Origin: Terracidiphilus sp.
GTDB taxonomy: Bacteria; Acidobacteriota; Terriglobia; Terriglobales; Acidobacteriaceae
NCBI GenBank assembly: GCA_035315085.1
Contig: DATFYK010000026.1
Span: 1,538-65,537 of the forward strand
Reading direction: 5' to 3'
Length of the DNA: 64,000 bases
The translations under genes and the position numbers were made by a program. The notes below the pieces were generated by a model that ran no database searches, was not told where the DNA came from, and saw only the letters and a program-made list of their open reading frames with translations. Position 1 is the first letter of the stretch. Each line of letters opens with the position of its first letter. Positions 49,152-59,403 of the stretch are shown one piece after another.

Positions 49152-51107
49152 TCATTGCCTGGGGTCAACATTGCGGGCCTTGAATCCTCCATCGAGGTCC
49201 GCGAAGGGTCCCGGCAGCCTGGTTCCGGTGCTGGCGTGGCCGAAGAAGTCGGTGTCGATTCCCTTGAAGATATCGAGCGGGGCCAGATTCCCTTTCACTG
49301 ACAACGTGAGTTCCAGCTTGTCGGCATCGAGAGCCGCGTCGATCTCGGCCATGGCGCCGTTCATCTCCCACTTGTATTCTTCGCGCAGGGAGCTGAGATT
49401 GTGCCACTCGGGCGGCTCGGGCGTCTTGACGCGCAAGAAGGGTTGCGAGAAAGAGAATCCGAAGAAGCCGGGAGCGTTGCCATAGATATTTCCATCCGCA
49501 TCGTTGCGGGCGTTTGTGAACTCGATTGCGGAGCGGCCCATCTTGAAGAAGATGTTGTCATGAACCAACAGATTGTGCACGTCGTTGGTGTGTCCCGCGA
49601 TCGGGCGCGGCCCGTTGATGCCCGAGACCGTGTCGACGCAGACCTCGTCGCAGTTCATGAACAGGTTGTAGGCGATGATGACGTTGTTGGTGTCGCGAAT
49701 GAGAATGCCGCCGGTGAGGCGATCGAAGATGTTGTTGTCGATCTGGTTCAGGTCTTCGCTGCCTTCAATGTGAATGGCGTGCGGATTGACGTGCCCGGGA
49801 ATATCGGCGAATACGTTACCCGTCAGACGTACATTGGCGTTTCCGATGTCGAGCCAGATGCCGTTGGCGTGGCGGATATGGCGGATGACGTTATTACGGA
49901 AGAGCAGATTCTTTGCGCCGTGCATTTTGGTGGCGCCCGACTCCGACATCATGGCCGCATCCTGCCAGCCGATCCACTCGAAGAGATTCTTCTCGACCAG
50001 CGTCGATTGCGGACCGCCTGTTCCGCCCAGCCCCTCAATGCCGCAGTAGCGGAAGGTGTTGCCGCGAATGATGTCGTAGCCCACCGGCTGCGGCGGCCGC
50101 GATGCGCCCCAGTCCTCGTTGCCGATGTCGAGACCGACGCTGTTGGCCCACTCGAAGGTGTTGTCTTCAAAGATGAAGTGATTGCCGCGATTGACCGAGA
50201 CCATGCCTCGCTGCGGCACCGGAAAACCGTTGCCCGCATACTGGAAAACAATGCCCTTGACGCGGATGTAGGACTGGTAGCGCTCCGCCGGAGAGAAAAT
50301 CTGCTCCTGCGTTGTGATTTCAATAACGTGCTTGGCGGGATCATCATCATTGGCCAGGCGAATGTGCAGGGTCATGCCGTTGGTTTCGATCCACACCTTG
50401 CCGGCTTCCGGGGAGAACTCCTTGAACAGAGGCTTCCAGTGCACCTCGGTGAAGTAGTTCATCGACCGCGGCGACGGCCCGGCCAGCTCGAAGGGAGTTT
50501 CCACCGGCTCCAGCGGCTTGCCGTCCACAAACACCAGCCCGCGCCGCCGGAAGTAGGTCGCCATATTGTCCTCGGCATATCTGAGCCACATGTGATTGCC
50601 GAGCACGTTGTCCACTTCGAATGGGTTGTAGCCGTTCGGGAAGAGCGCGGGATCGAGACGCAGCTCCCAGGCGCGGACCGGCTGTTTGGTGACGGGGTCA
50701 AAGCCGAAGTTCCAGCCCTCGCTGGGGCGCCAGCCGGTGACCACGGCCGCGCCCTTGACCACGACCTTTGCTCCGGGCGCAGCCTCGTAACTGATCATGG
50801 CGTCCGGGCCGGTTCCGCCGCGCGCCGGGCGGATGCTTTCGCGGTAGACGCCTTCCGCAATCACCACCCGTTCACCCGGCGCGAGCACCTGCGCGGCCTT
50901 GTTGATGGTGCGGAAGGGACGCTCTTTGCTGCCGGGGCCGTTGTCGTCGGCGTTTTTGGCCTGGCCGTCCACATAGTAGGTCCGAGAGAAATGGAGCGGC
51001 TTCTCCCACATGGGAAAATCGGCGCCGTCGGGCAGCTTGGAATCCGAGGCCAGCGCGACTCCCGCTGTGGCCAAAATCGCCAGTGTGCAGAACAGTCTCC
51101 ATTTCAT
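49152..51107 (-). CDS. Secreted right-handed beta-helix protein, GH120 beta-xylosidase-like
   Basis: Signal peptide from ATG 51107 (AAGGAG RBS); PFRTINKAA, EGVYRE, ESGATKMHGA, GIWLD, IHIE resemble GH120 XylC as recalled. Confidence 0.72.
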   Translation of the reverse strand: MKWRLFCTLAILATAGVALASDSKLPDGADFPMWEKPLHFSRTYYVDGQAKNADDNGPGSKERPFRTINKAAQVLAPGERVVIAEGVYRESIRPARGGTGPDAMISYEAAPGAKVVVKGAAVVTGWRPSEGWNFGFDPVTKQPVRAWELRLDPALFPNGYNPFEVDNVLGNHMWLRYAEDNMATYFRRRGLVFVDGKPLEPVETPFELAGPSPRSMNYFTEVHWKPLFKEFSPEAGKVWIETNGMTLHIRLANDDDPAKHVIEITTQEQIFSPAERYQSYIRVKGIVFQYAGNGFPVPQRGMVSVNRGNHFIFEDNTFEWANSVGLDIGNEDWGASRPPQPVGYDIIRGNTFRYCGIEGLGGTGGPQSTLVEKNLFEWIGWQDAAMMSESGATKMHGAKNLLFRNNVIRHIRHANGIWLDIGNANVRLTGNVFADIPGHVNPHAIHIEGSEDLNQIDNNIFDRLTGGILIRDTNNVIIAYNLFMNCDEVCVDTVSGINGPRPIAGHTNDVHNLLVHDNIFFKMGRSAIEFTNARNDADGNIYGNAPGFFGFSFSQPFLRVKTPEPPEWHNLSSLREEYKWEMNGAMAEIDAALDADKLELTLSVKGNLAPLDIFKGIDTDFFGHASTGTRLPGPFADLDGGFKARNVDPRQ

Positions 51108-51189
51108 GGGTGCGTCTCCTTCATGCGCTGGCGCGGCAGTTCTCGCGGCAGCATCGCCCGAGAAATTGCCCGCCGGTTGCGGACCCATG

Positions 51190-51203
51190 GTAAACCGATT
51201 TCT
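51190..51203 (-). promoter_or_regulatory. Candidate LacI-family operator
   Basis: AGAAATCGGTTTAC on the coding strand; 11/14 identical to the site at 59556-59569. Confidence 0.5.
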
Positions 51204-51313
51204 CTGTTGTTGTCGATGACGCCTTGCGGAATGGTGCTGGCGGAGCAGTCCGGCCGGCTTCATCCCAAGGGCCCGATACGGGACCGGCGAGAATGCAGAA
51301 TGCGAGGAGCATT

Positions 51314-51991
51314 TTATTCGGGCCGGATGAGTTGGATGCGGTCGCGGGTGCGGACCCAGGTGTTGCCGGCCATGCGGCCGACGGCGTCCAGGCCGGCTGG
51401 ATCAACGCGAAAGTCCTGGAAGAGGTCTTCGCGCAGGTGGAAGCGGAGCACTTCACCCAGCACGATGACGCCTCCGCCAGGCTCGCGGCTGGTGTAGATG
51501 ACCTGAAGCAGCTTGCACTCCATCTGGGCGGGCGATTCCCCGACGCGGGGCGGGCGGATGGCTTCACTGGGAATCGGCGTGAGCCCGGCGAGCACGAATT
51601 CGTCGACTTCCGGAGGGACCTCGGCAGAGGCGGCGTTGGCCGCGGCTGCGATGGCTTCGCTGACCACATTCACCACGAACTCGCCGGTCTCTTCGACATT
51701 GCGCAGGGTGTCTTTGCGGATGTCGTGCCTGAAATCGGGCCCGGCACCGGGAACGGAGGGCTTGGGCGCGCGCACCGAGGGGCAGAAGAGCACGGTGGGC
51801 GGGACGGAACCGACTCCATTGAAAAAACTGAAGGGCGCCAGGTTGGCCACCCCGTCGCGGTCCATGGTGGAGACCAGGGCAATCGGCCGCGGCACAATGA
51901 TGCCGGTCATCAGCTTGTAGATCTGGCGGGGTTCGCAATTGGCCGGGTTGAGGCTGAACATGGGGCTGCGGGAAGGGATTGCGGAGTTCAT
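51314..51991 (-). CDS. Flavin reductase family protein (DIM6/NTAB)
   Basis: VPRPIALVST, NLAPFSFFN, KDTLRN..ETGEFVVN, PPRVGESP. Confidence 0.92.
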   Translation of the reverse strand: MNSAIPSRSPMFSLNPANCEPRQIYKLMTGIIVPRPIALVSTMDRDGVANLAPFSFFNGVGSVPPTVLFCPSVRAPKPSVPGAGPDFRHDIRKDTLRNVEETGEFVVNVVSEAIAAAANAASAEVPPEVDEFVLAGLTPIPSEAIRPPRVGESPAQMECKLLQVIYTSREPGGGVIVLGEVLRFHLREDLFQDFRVDPAGLDAVGRMAGNTWVRTRDRIQLIRPE

Positions 51992-52144
51992 GGTGTTAGC
52001 CTAGAACATCCTGCCGGCGCATGGCGCGTCCAATCCGTATTGGGACATTGCGCCCGCGGGGCGTGACAAGTGTGATACCGGGCACGAAATTCGCACGCCA
52101 GTAACATGCAATGGTGCACAATCAGGTATACGGGAGAATAGGCC

Positions 52145-52816
52145 GTGCCGCGCATTCACTTTCAACAGCAACTCGCCGAACTCAAGGATAAGCTGCTGGC
52201 CATGGCTGCCCTGGCGCAGCAGGCGGTGGAGTCCGCGGTAGACGCCTATCTGCAGCGAGACAAGAGCCTGTGCAAGTACGTCAAGCAGAACGAGACCGCC
52301 ATCAACTCCGCGCAACGGGAGTTGGATGAGATGGCCTATGAGCTGCTGGCCAAAGAACAGCCCATGGCCGTCGACCTGCGCTTCATTCTGGCGGTGATCA
52401 AGATCAACGGCGACCTGGAGCGGATCGGCGACCAGTCGATGGGCATTGCCCGCCGGACCAAGGAAATCCTGAAGGCCGAGGAGGTCGATCTGCCGGTAGA
52501 TTTTGCGGCCATGGGGGAGTTTGCCGGACGGATGATCCGGTCGGCGGTGCAGGCGCTTCTGGATGGCGATGCGCGGCTGGCCGACTCAGTGCGCGAGATG
52601 GACGACGATATCGACCGCATGAACCGCCGCGCCAACGCCGACCTGCTCAAACTGATCCAGGAAAAGCCGCGCTTCACGCAGCAGTCGATGAACGGCATCC
52701 TGGTGGCGAAGAACCTGGAGCGGATCGCCGACCACGCATCGAATATCGCTACCGATGTAATTTTCTGGATTCGCGGCGCGGACGTGCGGCACCAGTTGAG
52801 CATATCGATGGATTGA
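52145..52816 (+). CDS. phoU: Phosphate signalling protein PhoU
   Basis: QPMAVDLR, DLERIGD, DDDID, LERIADHASNIA. Confidence 0.95.
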   Translation: MPRIHFQQQLAELKDKLLAMAALAQQAVESAVDAYLQRDKSLCKYVKQNETAINSAQRELDEMAYELLAKEQPMAVDLRFILAVIKINGDLERIGDQSMGIARRTKEILKAEEVDLPVDFAAMGEFAGRMIRSAVQALLDGDARLADSVREMDDDIDRMNRRANADLLKLIQEKPRFTQQSMNGILVAKNLERIADHASNIATDVIFWIRGADVRHQLSISMD

Positions 52817-52853
52817 GGAAGAGCAGGGAATAAGGAATTGAAGGCCGACAGAT

Positions 52854-55800
52854 CTATTGGCGGGGTGGCGCGGCGTCCGCTTTGAAGCTCTGTAGAAACG
52901 CGTGGAACTCCTTGACCGGCAGCGGGCGGCTGAAGAGGTAGCCCTGGAAGGAATGACAGCCGAGCCCGACGAGGAAGGTTAGCTGTTCTTCGGTTTCCAC
53001 GCCCTCGGCGATCACCGACAACCCCATGGCCCGGCCCAGCGAAAGGATGGTTTGCGCAATGGCGCCGCTGGAGGCATCCACCAGAATGTCGCGGACGAAG
53101 GCCCGGTCGACCTTCAGGCGGTCCAGGGGCAGGCGCTTCAGGTAGGCCAGCGAGGAATAGCCCGTGCCAAAGTCGTCCAGGGAAAATCGCAGGCCATGCG
53201 ACTTGAGCTGGGTCATCTTGGCGATGATTTCCTCTATATTCTCCACCAACATGCTCTCGGTAAGTTCCAGCCTGAGACGTTCGGGATTGGCTCCGGTGCG
53301 ATCGAGGGCCGCCAGCACCTGTCCCACGAACTCCGGCTGTCGTAACTGCCGCGCGCTGATATTGACCGCAACCGTGAAATCGGCTGTTTGTTTCTGGCCT
53401 GCCCACGCCGCAATCTGCGTGCAGGCGTTTTCGAGGACCCATTCTCCCAGAGGCAAAATCAGTCCCGTTTCCTCTGCCAGGGGAATGAACTGGTCCGGCG
53501 GCACGATGCCGCGCAAAGGGTGCTTCCAACGGATCAGGGCCTCGGCGCCGGTCAAGCGGCCCTGCTCCACTTGAGGCTGGTAGTAAAGCAAGAACTGGTT
53601 GGTCTTGATCGCCTTGCGCAGGTCCTCCTCCAGCGTGGCGCGGGCGTTGACGGCAGCCTGCAAGGCGGGAGAGAAAAAGCGCATGGTGTTGCGGCCGGCC
53701 GCCTTGGCCTGATGCAGGGCGATATCGGTCTGCTGCAAGATATCATCCGTGCTGTTCGGCCGGTCCCCGAAGACCGTGATCCCGATGCTGGCGCTGCTCA
53801 GGCATTCGCGGTCATCGAACAGGTAGGGCTGGTCAACCGAAGCCAGGATTTTCTCGCTGACGGCCTGGGCCTGGGCCGCGGCCTCCTCGGGAACTTCGCT
53901 CAGGTCTTCGAGCATCACGACAAACTCATCACCGCCCAGTCGCGCCACGGTGTCGGTTTCGCGGACGCAGGCGGCCAGGCGCCGGGCGAATTCCTGCAGC
54001 ACATGATCGCCTGTTTGATGGCCGAGGGTCTCGTTCAACGTCTTGAGATTATCCAGATCGATCAACAACAGCGCTTGGGTGCGGCCCCATCGGGCGCTGG
54101 CGGCCAGGGCCTGGCGCAACCGGTCCAACAGAAGTCGGCGGTTGGGCAGGCCTGTCAACGGGTCGTAAAAAGCAAGATTGCGAATGGTGTTCTCCGCCTC
54201 CTTGGCAGCGGACATATCCCGCGTGATGGAAACGATGCAGGGAACGCCATCAAGCTCAATCACCGCTGCCGATATAAGCGCCGAGAAAATCTCACCGTTC
54301 TTCCTTCTAAGGTTGGCCTCTAAATTCCGGCAATTGGAGTTCTGGCGCAGCAGTTCAACAAAGCTCTGCCGATCACGAGGATCCGCCCAGATGTTGAGTT
54401 CCCACGACGTTCGCCCAATGACTTCTTCGCGCTCGAACCCCAAGATATCGAGGTATGCATCATTGGCATCGATGAATGTCCCATCGTCCAGACGGTTGAT
54501 ATCGACGAGATCGGGACTCGTCTGGAATACGGTGCGGTAGCGTTCCTCGCTGGCGCGCAGCGCTTCCTGAGCTGAGGCCAGGCGCTCTTCCGCCTCCTTG
54601 GCAGCGGACGTATCCCGCGTGATGGAAATGATGCAGTAAACGCCGTCAAGCTCAATGACCTCTGCCGAAATCTCCCCCCACCTAACCTCTCCGTTCTTTT
54701 TTCTGAACCGGGCCTCCAAACCGCGGCAACTGTAGTTCTGGCGCAGGATTTCGACCAGTTTTTGCAGGTCGCGATCATCCGCCCAGATGTTCAGTTCCTG
54801 CGAAGTCCGCCCCAGGACTTCCTCGCGCTCAAATCCTAAATTGTCGAGGAAAGCCTGATTGCAGTCGATATATTTCTCATCGCTCACGCGGTTGATACTG
54901 ATAGCGTCAAGACTGGTCTGGAATACGGTGCGGTAGCGTTCCTCGCTGGTCCGCAGCGCTTCCTGGGCTGCAGCCAGACGCTGTTCCGCCGCCTTGGCCT
55001 CGGAGATGTCCCGCACGATGAGCAGGAAGCTGGGCACGCCATCGATCTCAATCCGCTCCCCCGAAACCAGCCCCCATAACCTTTGCCCATTCTTCTTCGT
55101 AAACTGGAACTCGATACCCCGGCATACGGACTCCGTGCGCAGAACCTCGACCAGTCTTTGCCGGTCCTGCGGTTCCGACCAGATTCGGAGTTCCAGGGAG
55201 GTTCGCCCGATAACCTCCTCGCGTTCATACCCAAACATGTTGAGAAATGTCTGATTGACGTCGACAAACTCCCCATCATCCTGACGGCTGATGGTAATGG
55301 CGTCGATACTCGTCTGGAATGCGGTGCGGTAGCGTTCCTCGCTCTGCCGCAGGGCCTCCTGGGCTGCCGCCATCCGTGCTTGTGCTGCTTTGACTTCAGA
55401 AATCTCTTTTGCAAAGGTAATCCGGCAACGCTCTCCCCCAATCTCAATCAGGGATGCGGACAACCGGATCCAAAACAGTTCCCCTTTCTTTTTACGGGAT
55501 TGCACCTCCAGATCCCGGTACTCGCCTTGCTGGTTCAACTGCTCGAAATACATCTGCTTGTCGGAATCATTCACCCAGAGGCCGAGCTGCACCACCGTGC
55601 GTCCGATGACTTCGTTGCGCTCAAACCCCACGGAATCCAGGAACAACTGATTCACGTCGAGGATCACCCCATCGCTCTGCCGAGAAATGATGACACCATC
55701 GGGGCTGGTCTGGAATACAGTGCGGTAGCGCTCCTCGCTTTCGCGGATCTGTCTCTCAGCCCGCTTGCGCCCGGTGATGTCTTCTATGAAGCCTTCAAGA

Positions 55801-56501
55801 TAGAGCGCGCGCCCGTCGCTCCCGCATACTCTGCGGGTATTCAGCGAAACCCAGATTGGAGTGCCGTCCTTGCGCTTGAACTGGCACTCGAAATCCCGGA
55901 TGACTCCGTGCTCTTCGAGCTGCTGGAGGTACCGCGCGCGCTCCTCCGGATCCATCCACACATCGCGGCCCGTGTCTTTGATGGTCGATTTGAGCTCATC
56001 CGGCCAATCGTAGCCGAGCATCTTTGCCAGCGCTGGATTTGCGGCCAGGGGTTTGCCCTCGGGGGTTGATTGGTAGAACCCTTCCACCGCCCCCTCGAAG
56101 ATGTCCCGATACTTCTTCTCGGCCTCCTGGAGCGCTTTCTCCGCGGCCTTCCTTTCCGTGATGTCCTTGCCGAAGACGGAAATACCGGTCACATGGCCAT
56201 CGACAAGGATGGGGTTGAAAGCCAGTTCCAGGGTTCGGGGAAGGATCAGGGAATACTCGATCCGGAAAGGGCCTTCATGCAGCACACGCTCATAGAACGG
56301 AGGCCAAAGCGCCGCCCTCTCCGGCGGGAGCAGCTCGTGCAGCCGCATCCCCGCCGCAAGCTGGACGCCAAAGGTTTCCTTGATATTCTCCCGCAAGGCC
56401 CGATTGAAGGTAATCAAGCGGTAATCGAGGTCCACCGACCAGATCAGGTCTTCGGTGCTTTCGATCAAGGCCGCGAGATTAGCTTCAGCTTGATTGCTCA
56501 T
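52854..56501 (-). CDS. Six-PAS diguanylate cyclase/phosphodiesterase (GGDEF-EAL)
   Basis: Six PAS/PAC units; DPLTGLPNRR, RETD I-site, GGDEF, EALIRW, DDFGTGYSS. Confidence 0.95.
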   Translation of the reverse strand: MSNQAEANLAALIESTEDLIWSVDLDYRLITFNRALRENIKETFGVQLAAGMRLHELLPPERAALWPPFYERVLHEGPFRIEYSLILPRTLELAFNPILVDGHVTGISVFGKDITERKAAEKALQEAEKKYRDIFEGAVEGFYQSTPEGKPLAANPALAKMLGYDWPDELKSTIKDTGRDVWMDPEERARYLQQLEEHGVIRDFECQFKRKDGTPIWVSLNTRRVCGSDGRALYLEGFIEDITGRKRAERQIRESEERYRTVFQTSPDGVIISRQSDGVILDVNQLFLDSVGFERNEVIGRTVVQLGLWVNDSDKQMYFEQLNQQGEYRDLEVQSRKKKGELFWIRLSASLIEIGGERCRITFAKEISEVKAAQARMAAAQEALRQSEERYRTAFQTSIDAITISRQDDGEFVDVNQTFLNMFGYEREEVIGRTSLELRIWSEPQDRQRLVEVLRTESVCRGIEFQFTKKNGQRLWGLVSGERIEIDGVPSFLLIVRDISEAKAAEQRLAAAQEALRTSEERYRTVFQTSLDAISINRVSDEKYIDCNQAFLDNLGFEREEVLGRTSQELNIWADDRDLQKLVEILRQNYSCRGLEARFRKKNGEVRWGEISAEVIELDGVYCIISITRDTSAAKEAEERLASAQEALRASEERYRTVFQTSPDLVDINRLDDGTFIDANDAYLDILGFEREEVIGRTSWELNIWADPRDRQSFVELLRQNSNCRNLEANLRRKNGEIFSALISAAVIELDGVPCIVSITRDMSAAKEAENTIRNLAFYDPLTGLPNRRLLLDRLRQALAASARWGRTQALLLIDLDNLKTLNETLGHQTGDHVLQEFARRLAACVRETDTVARLGGDEFVVMLEDLSEVPEEAAAQAQAVSEKILASVDQPYLFDDRECLSSASIGITVFGDRPNSTDDILQQTDIALHQAKAAGRNTMRFFSPALQAAVNARATLEEDLRKAIKTNQFLLYYQPQVEQGRLTGAEALIRWKHPLRGIVPPDQFIPLAEETGLILPLGEWVLENACTQIAAWAGQKQTADFTVAVNISARQLRQPEFVGQVLAALDRTGANPERLRLELTESMLVENIEEIIAKMTQLKSHGLRFSLDDFGTGYSSLAYLKRLPLDRLKVDRAFVRDILVDASSGAIAQTILSLGRAMGLSVIAEGVETEEQLTFLVGLGCHSFQGYLFSRPLPVKEFHAFLQSFKADAAPPRQ

Positions 56502-56846
56502 AGCGGCCTTTCCTGGTGTCCGCGATCTCCCGTTACATCCATCGGGAACACACTACCTGAGGGTACGCCGGAGCGAACCAGTACGCCCATTTCCTGATGC
56601 CTCAAGATACAGTTTTCCCCATCGAATCGGTATACAACTTTCATCGTAGAAAGCCGGGATGACCTTTAAGGAACTTTCGAGAGCCCGAAAATCATTTTGG
56701 AATGTACAGCGCGTGCGGGTGTTAGCCGCAGCATTTTTCTTCCCGAAGGCGGATTTAGCGCAAAATCCGGCGCCGGGGGCCCGGATTGTCGCTGGGGACC
56801 CCGCGGAGAGGCGGCGCCCATTGTTTTCAGCGGCTTGGAGGTAAAA

Positions 56847-57839
56847 CTATACCTTTTCCAGGGGATGCTCGGCGAAGTGGAGCAGCACGGCGACGGCGCA
56901 ACTGGTGAGCCGTGTCTGGGCCGAATCCGCCCGGCTGGTGAGGATGATGGGCACGCGCGCGCCGAGGACGATGCCGGCCAGTTGCGCGCCGCCCAGGTAT
57001 TCGAGCTGCTTGGCCAGCATATTGCCGCTCTCCAGGTCGGGGACGACAAGAATGTCGGCCTGGCCGGTAACCGGCGAGATCAGACCCTTAATGGCGGCGG
57101 CCTTGGCGCTGACGGCGGTATCGAAGGCCAGCGGGCCGTCGAGGATGCCGCCGGTGATCTGGCCGCGGTCGGCCATCTTGCACAGGGCCGTTGCGTCGAG
57201 GGTGGACTTGATTTTGGGATTCACCGTCTCTGTGGCCGACAGCAGCGCCACCCTGGGCTGGGGAATGCCCAGTGCGTGGGCCAAGTCGATGGCGTTCTGC
57301 ACGATGTCGATCTTGTCCTTGAGCTCGGGCGTGATGTTGATGGCCGCGTCGGTGATGAGCAGAGTGCGCGCATAGGCCGGGGTGTCCATGATGAAGACGT
57401 GGGAGATGCGGCGGGGTGTGCGCAGGCCGGTGTCGCGCTGCATGACCGCCTTCATCAACTCGTCTGTGTGCAGGCTGCCCTTCATCATGGCCAGGGCTTT
57501 TCCGGAGCGGCACATGGCCACACCCAGTTCAGCGGCCTCGGCCTCAGTGTCCGCCTGGAGGATGGTATAACCGCCGATGTCCAGGCCAAGCTTCGCGGCC
57601 CGCGCCTTCATTTCGGCCTGGTCGCCGATGAGGGTGGGTTTGATGAGGCCCTGAACCGCGGCTTCGACGGTGCCCCTCAGAGCCACGTCGGAGAGCGGCC
57701 AGACCACGGCGGTTGCGATGGCCGGCAGATCTTTGCAGCGCTCAATGAAATTGTGAAAGACGTGGTAGTCGGCGGGATGGGCGACCAGCGGGTCAACGGT
57801 AACGGATTCAGCCAGCGGGGCAAGATCGCTCATGTGCAT
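56847..57839 (-). CDS. Phosphate acetyl/butyryltransferase (PTA_PTB family, no MaoC domain)
   Basis: MKGSLHTD, TDAAINI, LSATE, DGPLAFD, PDLESGNML, TSRAD. Confidence 0.92.
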   Translation of the reverse strand: MHMSDLAPLAESVTVDPLVAHPADYHVFHNFIERCKDLPAIATAVVWPLSDVALRGTVEAAVQGLIKPTLIGDQAEMKARAAKLGLDIGGYTILQADTEAEAAELGVAMCRSGKALAMMKGSLHTDELMKAVMQRDTGLRTPRRISHVFIMDTPAYARTLLITDAAINITPELKDKIDIVQNAIDLAHALGIPQPRVALLSATETVNPKIKSTLDATALCKMADRGQITGGILDGPLAFDTAVSAKAAAIKGLISPVTGQADILVVPDLESGNMLAKQLEYLGGAQLAGIVLGARVPIILTSRADSAQTRLTSCAVAVLLHFAEHPLEKV

Positions 57840-57912
57840 TCTCTCCCGGCCGGCGCAACGGATGTCTGGCGGGCCTCACGCACTTATTCTCGCCTAACGG
57901 AATGCGAGCGCC

Positions 57913-57928
57913 TGTGCGGAAGGTCACA
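57913..57928 (-). promoter_or_regulatory. Crp/Fnr-type box upstream of the phosphate acyltransferase
   Basis: TGTGA-CCTTCC-GCACA on the minus strand; class II-like spacing from a GAGAAT -10 at 57891-57886. Confidence 0.55.
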
Positions 57929-58023
57929 GTCTGGGGCTGTGTACCGAATGGCGACGTAGGCTTGGGCTACGGCGCGGCTGCGTTGCACAGGCGCTGCCCG
58001 TGGGCCAATTTCTGAATCGGCCG

Positions 58024-59403
58024 TTAATCGCCTGCAATGGGCGACAGAGCTTGAGAAAAGGCCGCAAACCGGGAGCTGACCGGGCTAGTCAGAAGTTCAT
58101 CCTCAGCTTCGAGGGAGGATTCCGTGCGGCCGGCGGGCAAAGGCAGTCCGTCATTGTCGCCTTTACCGGCCTCCACGAGGGCATCGAAGAGGACCGCATA
58201 CAGACCTTGCCGTCCCGCGAGTCTCTTGTTCCGCGCGCGCAGAAAATCGAAGCGAAAGGAAGAACTAGGTTCGAGTTCATCCAGGAATGCCGGAGTAAAG
58301 AATTCCTGCGAGCCGGCCACAGCCATAAGGATGAGCGATCGCCAACTCATCCGCAGCAGGTTCTTGAGCGTCGCGGGGCCGTTGGGCAAGCGATCGATCC
58401 GGTCCGCAACCCGCTCACTAAAGTTCAGCAGCTGAATTGCGAGGTCGTCCAATGGCTGGCCCGATGCAGCAGCGCTCGAGAACAGCGTGACCGAACCACG
58501 CCGCAGATCCTCGCGCACGTCCTGCAAATCGTCTCCCAACTGCAGCAATGCGCCCCACTCGAACGAGAATCCGCTTTCTTCCTCGCTCAGCCAGCCGTGC
58601 GAGAGGCAGGCATCGGCGAGCACGGAAGTTCCGCCTTTGGCGCAGCTTATCCGCAACACATCGGAATCATCGCAATGGCCGCAACTGTTGAGTTGCGCGA
58701 TACTCAGTTCCTGTGCTCGATGGATGGCCAACAAGCATTCAAAGACCTGGGGGTAGCGAAGGCGGGGATATTGTTCTTCGATGAACTGAACCATCGTCCA
58801 CACTGCCGCTTCCCGATGGTTTCGGGCTGAAAGCCTCCGGCCGCACAGCCGGTCCCGAAAACGCGCACTGAACTGGAGTTTCTCCGCCCTGGATACTTTT
58901 CCATCGTCCAGATAGTTGTCGCTATACGGATACAGGAGGCTGTATCCCAGGATCGATGGCGTGATTCCCATGGGGTCGCCGAGCAGCGGTTGCAAGCCGC
59001 AGGCGGTCCAGGCATTGCGGCAGGCCTGGATGGTATCGGTCATGCTCAGGCTTGGATCGAATCGCCTTGCCCATCGTGCAAACTGCGCGCCTATCGGCAA
59101 GAAACCGTCGGTGAGGAGCTGAACTGTCTCCCCCTCCAGGTCCAGCGCGAGGGCCGCGAAGCGAGGAAATGCGGCAACGATTCGCTGCTGTGCTTCGTGG
59201 CGCTGCGCCTTGGTCCGCGGGGCCTTTCTCGCCTCCCGCTCGACGGCTCGCAACCCTTCGTCGTAGGCTTTCTCTCTCTTCCGCTGCTCTCCCGGGCTGT
59301 ACCACGGCCCGCCTGGCCACGGTCGCGCGGCGCAGTCTTTCCAGACGACGATGGTCTGCGCAACCTGCGCCTCAACCCACGGCCAACTGTAGAGTTGTTT
59401 CAT
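58024..59403 (-). CDS. Uncharacterised class I isoprenoid-synthase-fold protein
   Basis: Asp-rich motifs YPYSDNYLDD and LQLGDDLQDVRED, plus KGG; all-helical character. Confidence 0.62.
   Translation of the reverse strand: MKQLYSWPWVEAQVAQTIVVWKDCAARPWPGGPWYSPGEQRKREKAYDEGLRAVEREARKAPRTKAQRHEAQQRIVAAFPRFAALALDLEGETVQLLTDGFLPIGAQFARWARRFDPSLSMTDTIQACRNAWTACGLQPLLGDPMGITPSILGYSLLYPYSDNYLDDGKVSRAEKLQFSARFRDRLCGRRLSARNHREAAVWTMVQFIEEQYPRLRYPQVFECLLAIHRAQELSIAQLNSCGHCDDSDVLRISCAKGGTSVLADACLSHGWLSEEESGFSFEWGALLQLGDDLQDVREDLRRGSVTLFSSAAASGQPLDDLAIQLLNFSERVADRIDRLPNGPATLKNLLRMSWRSLILMAVAGSQEFFTPAFLDELEPSSSFRFDFLRARNKRLAGRQGLYAVLFDALVEAGKGDNDGLPLPAGRTESSLEAEDELLTSPVSSRFAAFSQALSPIAGD

Noticed and set aside
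56502-56700. Possible c-di-GMP riboswitch upstream of the GGDEF-EAL gene
   Set aside because: No class I or II consensus elements recognised; an Rfam scan would settle it
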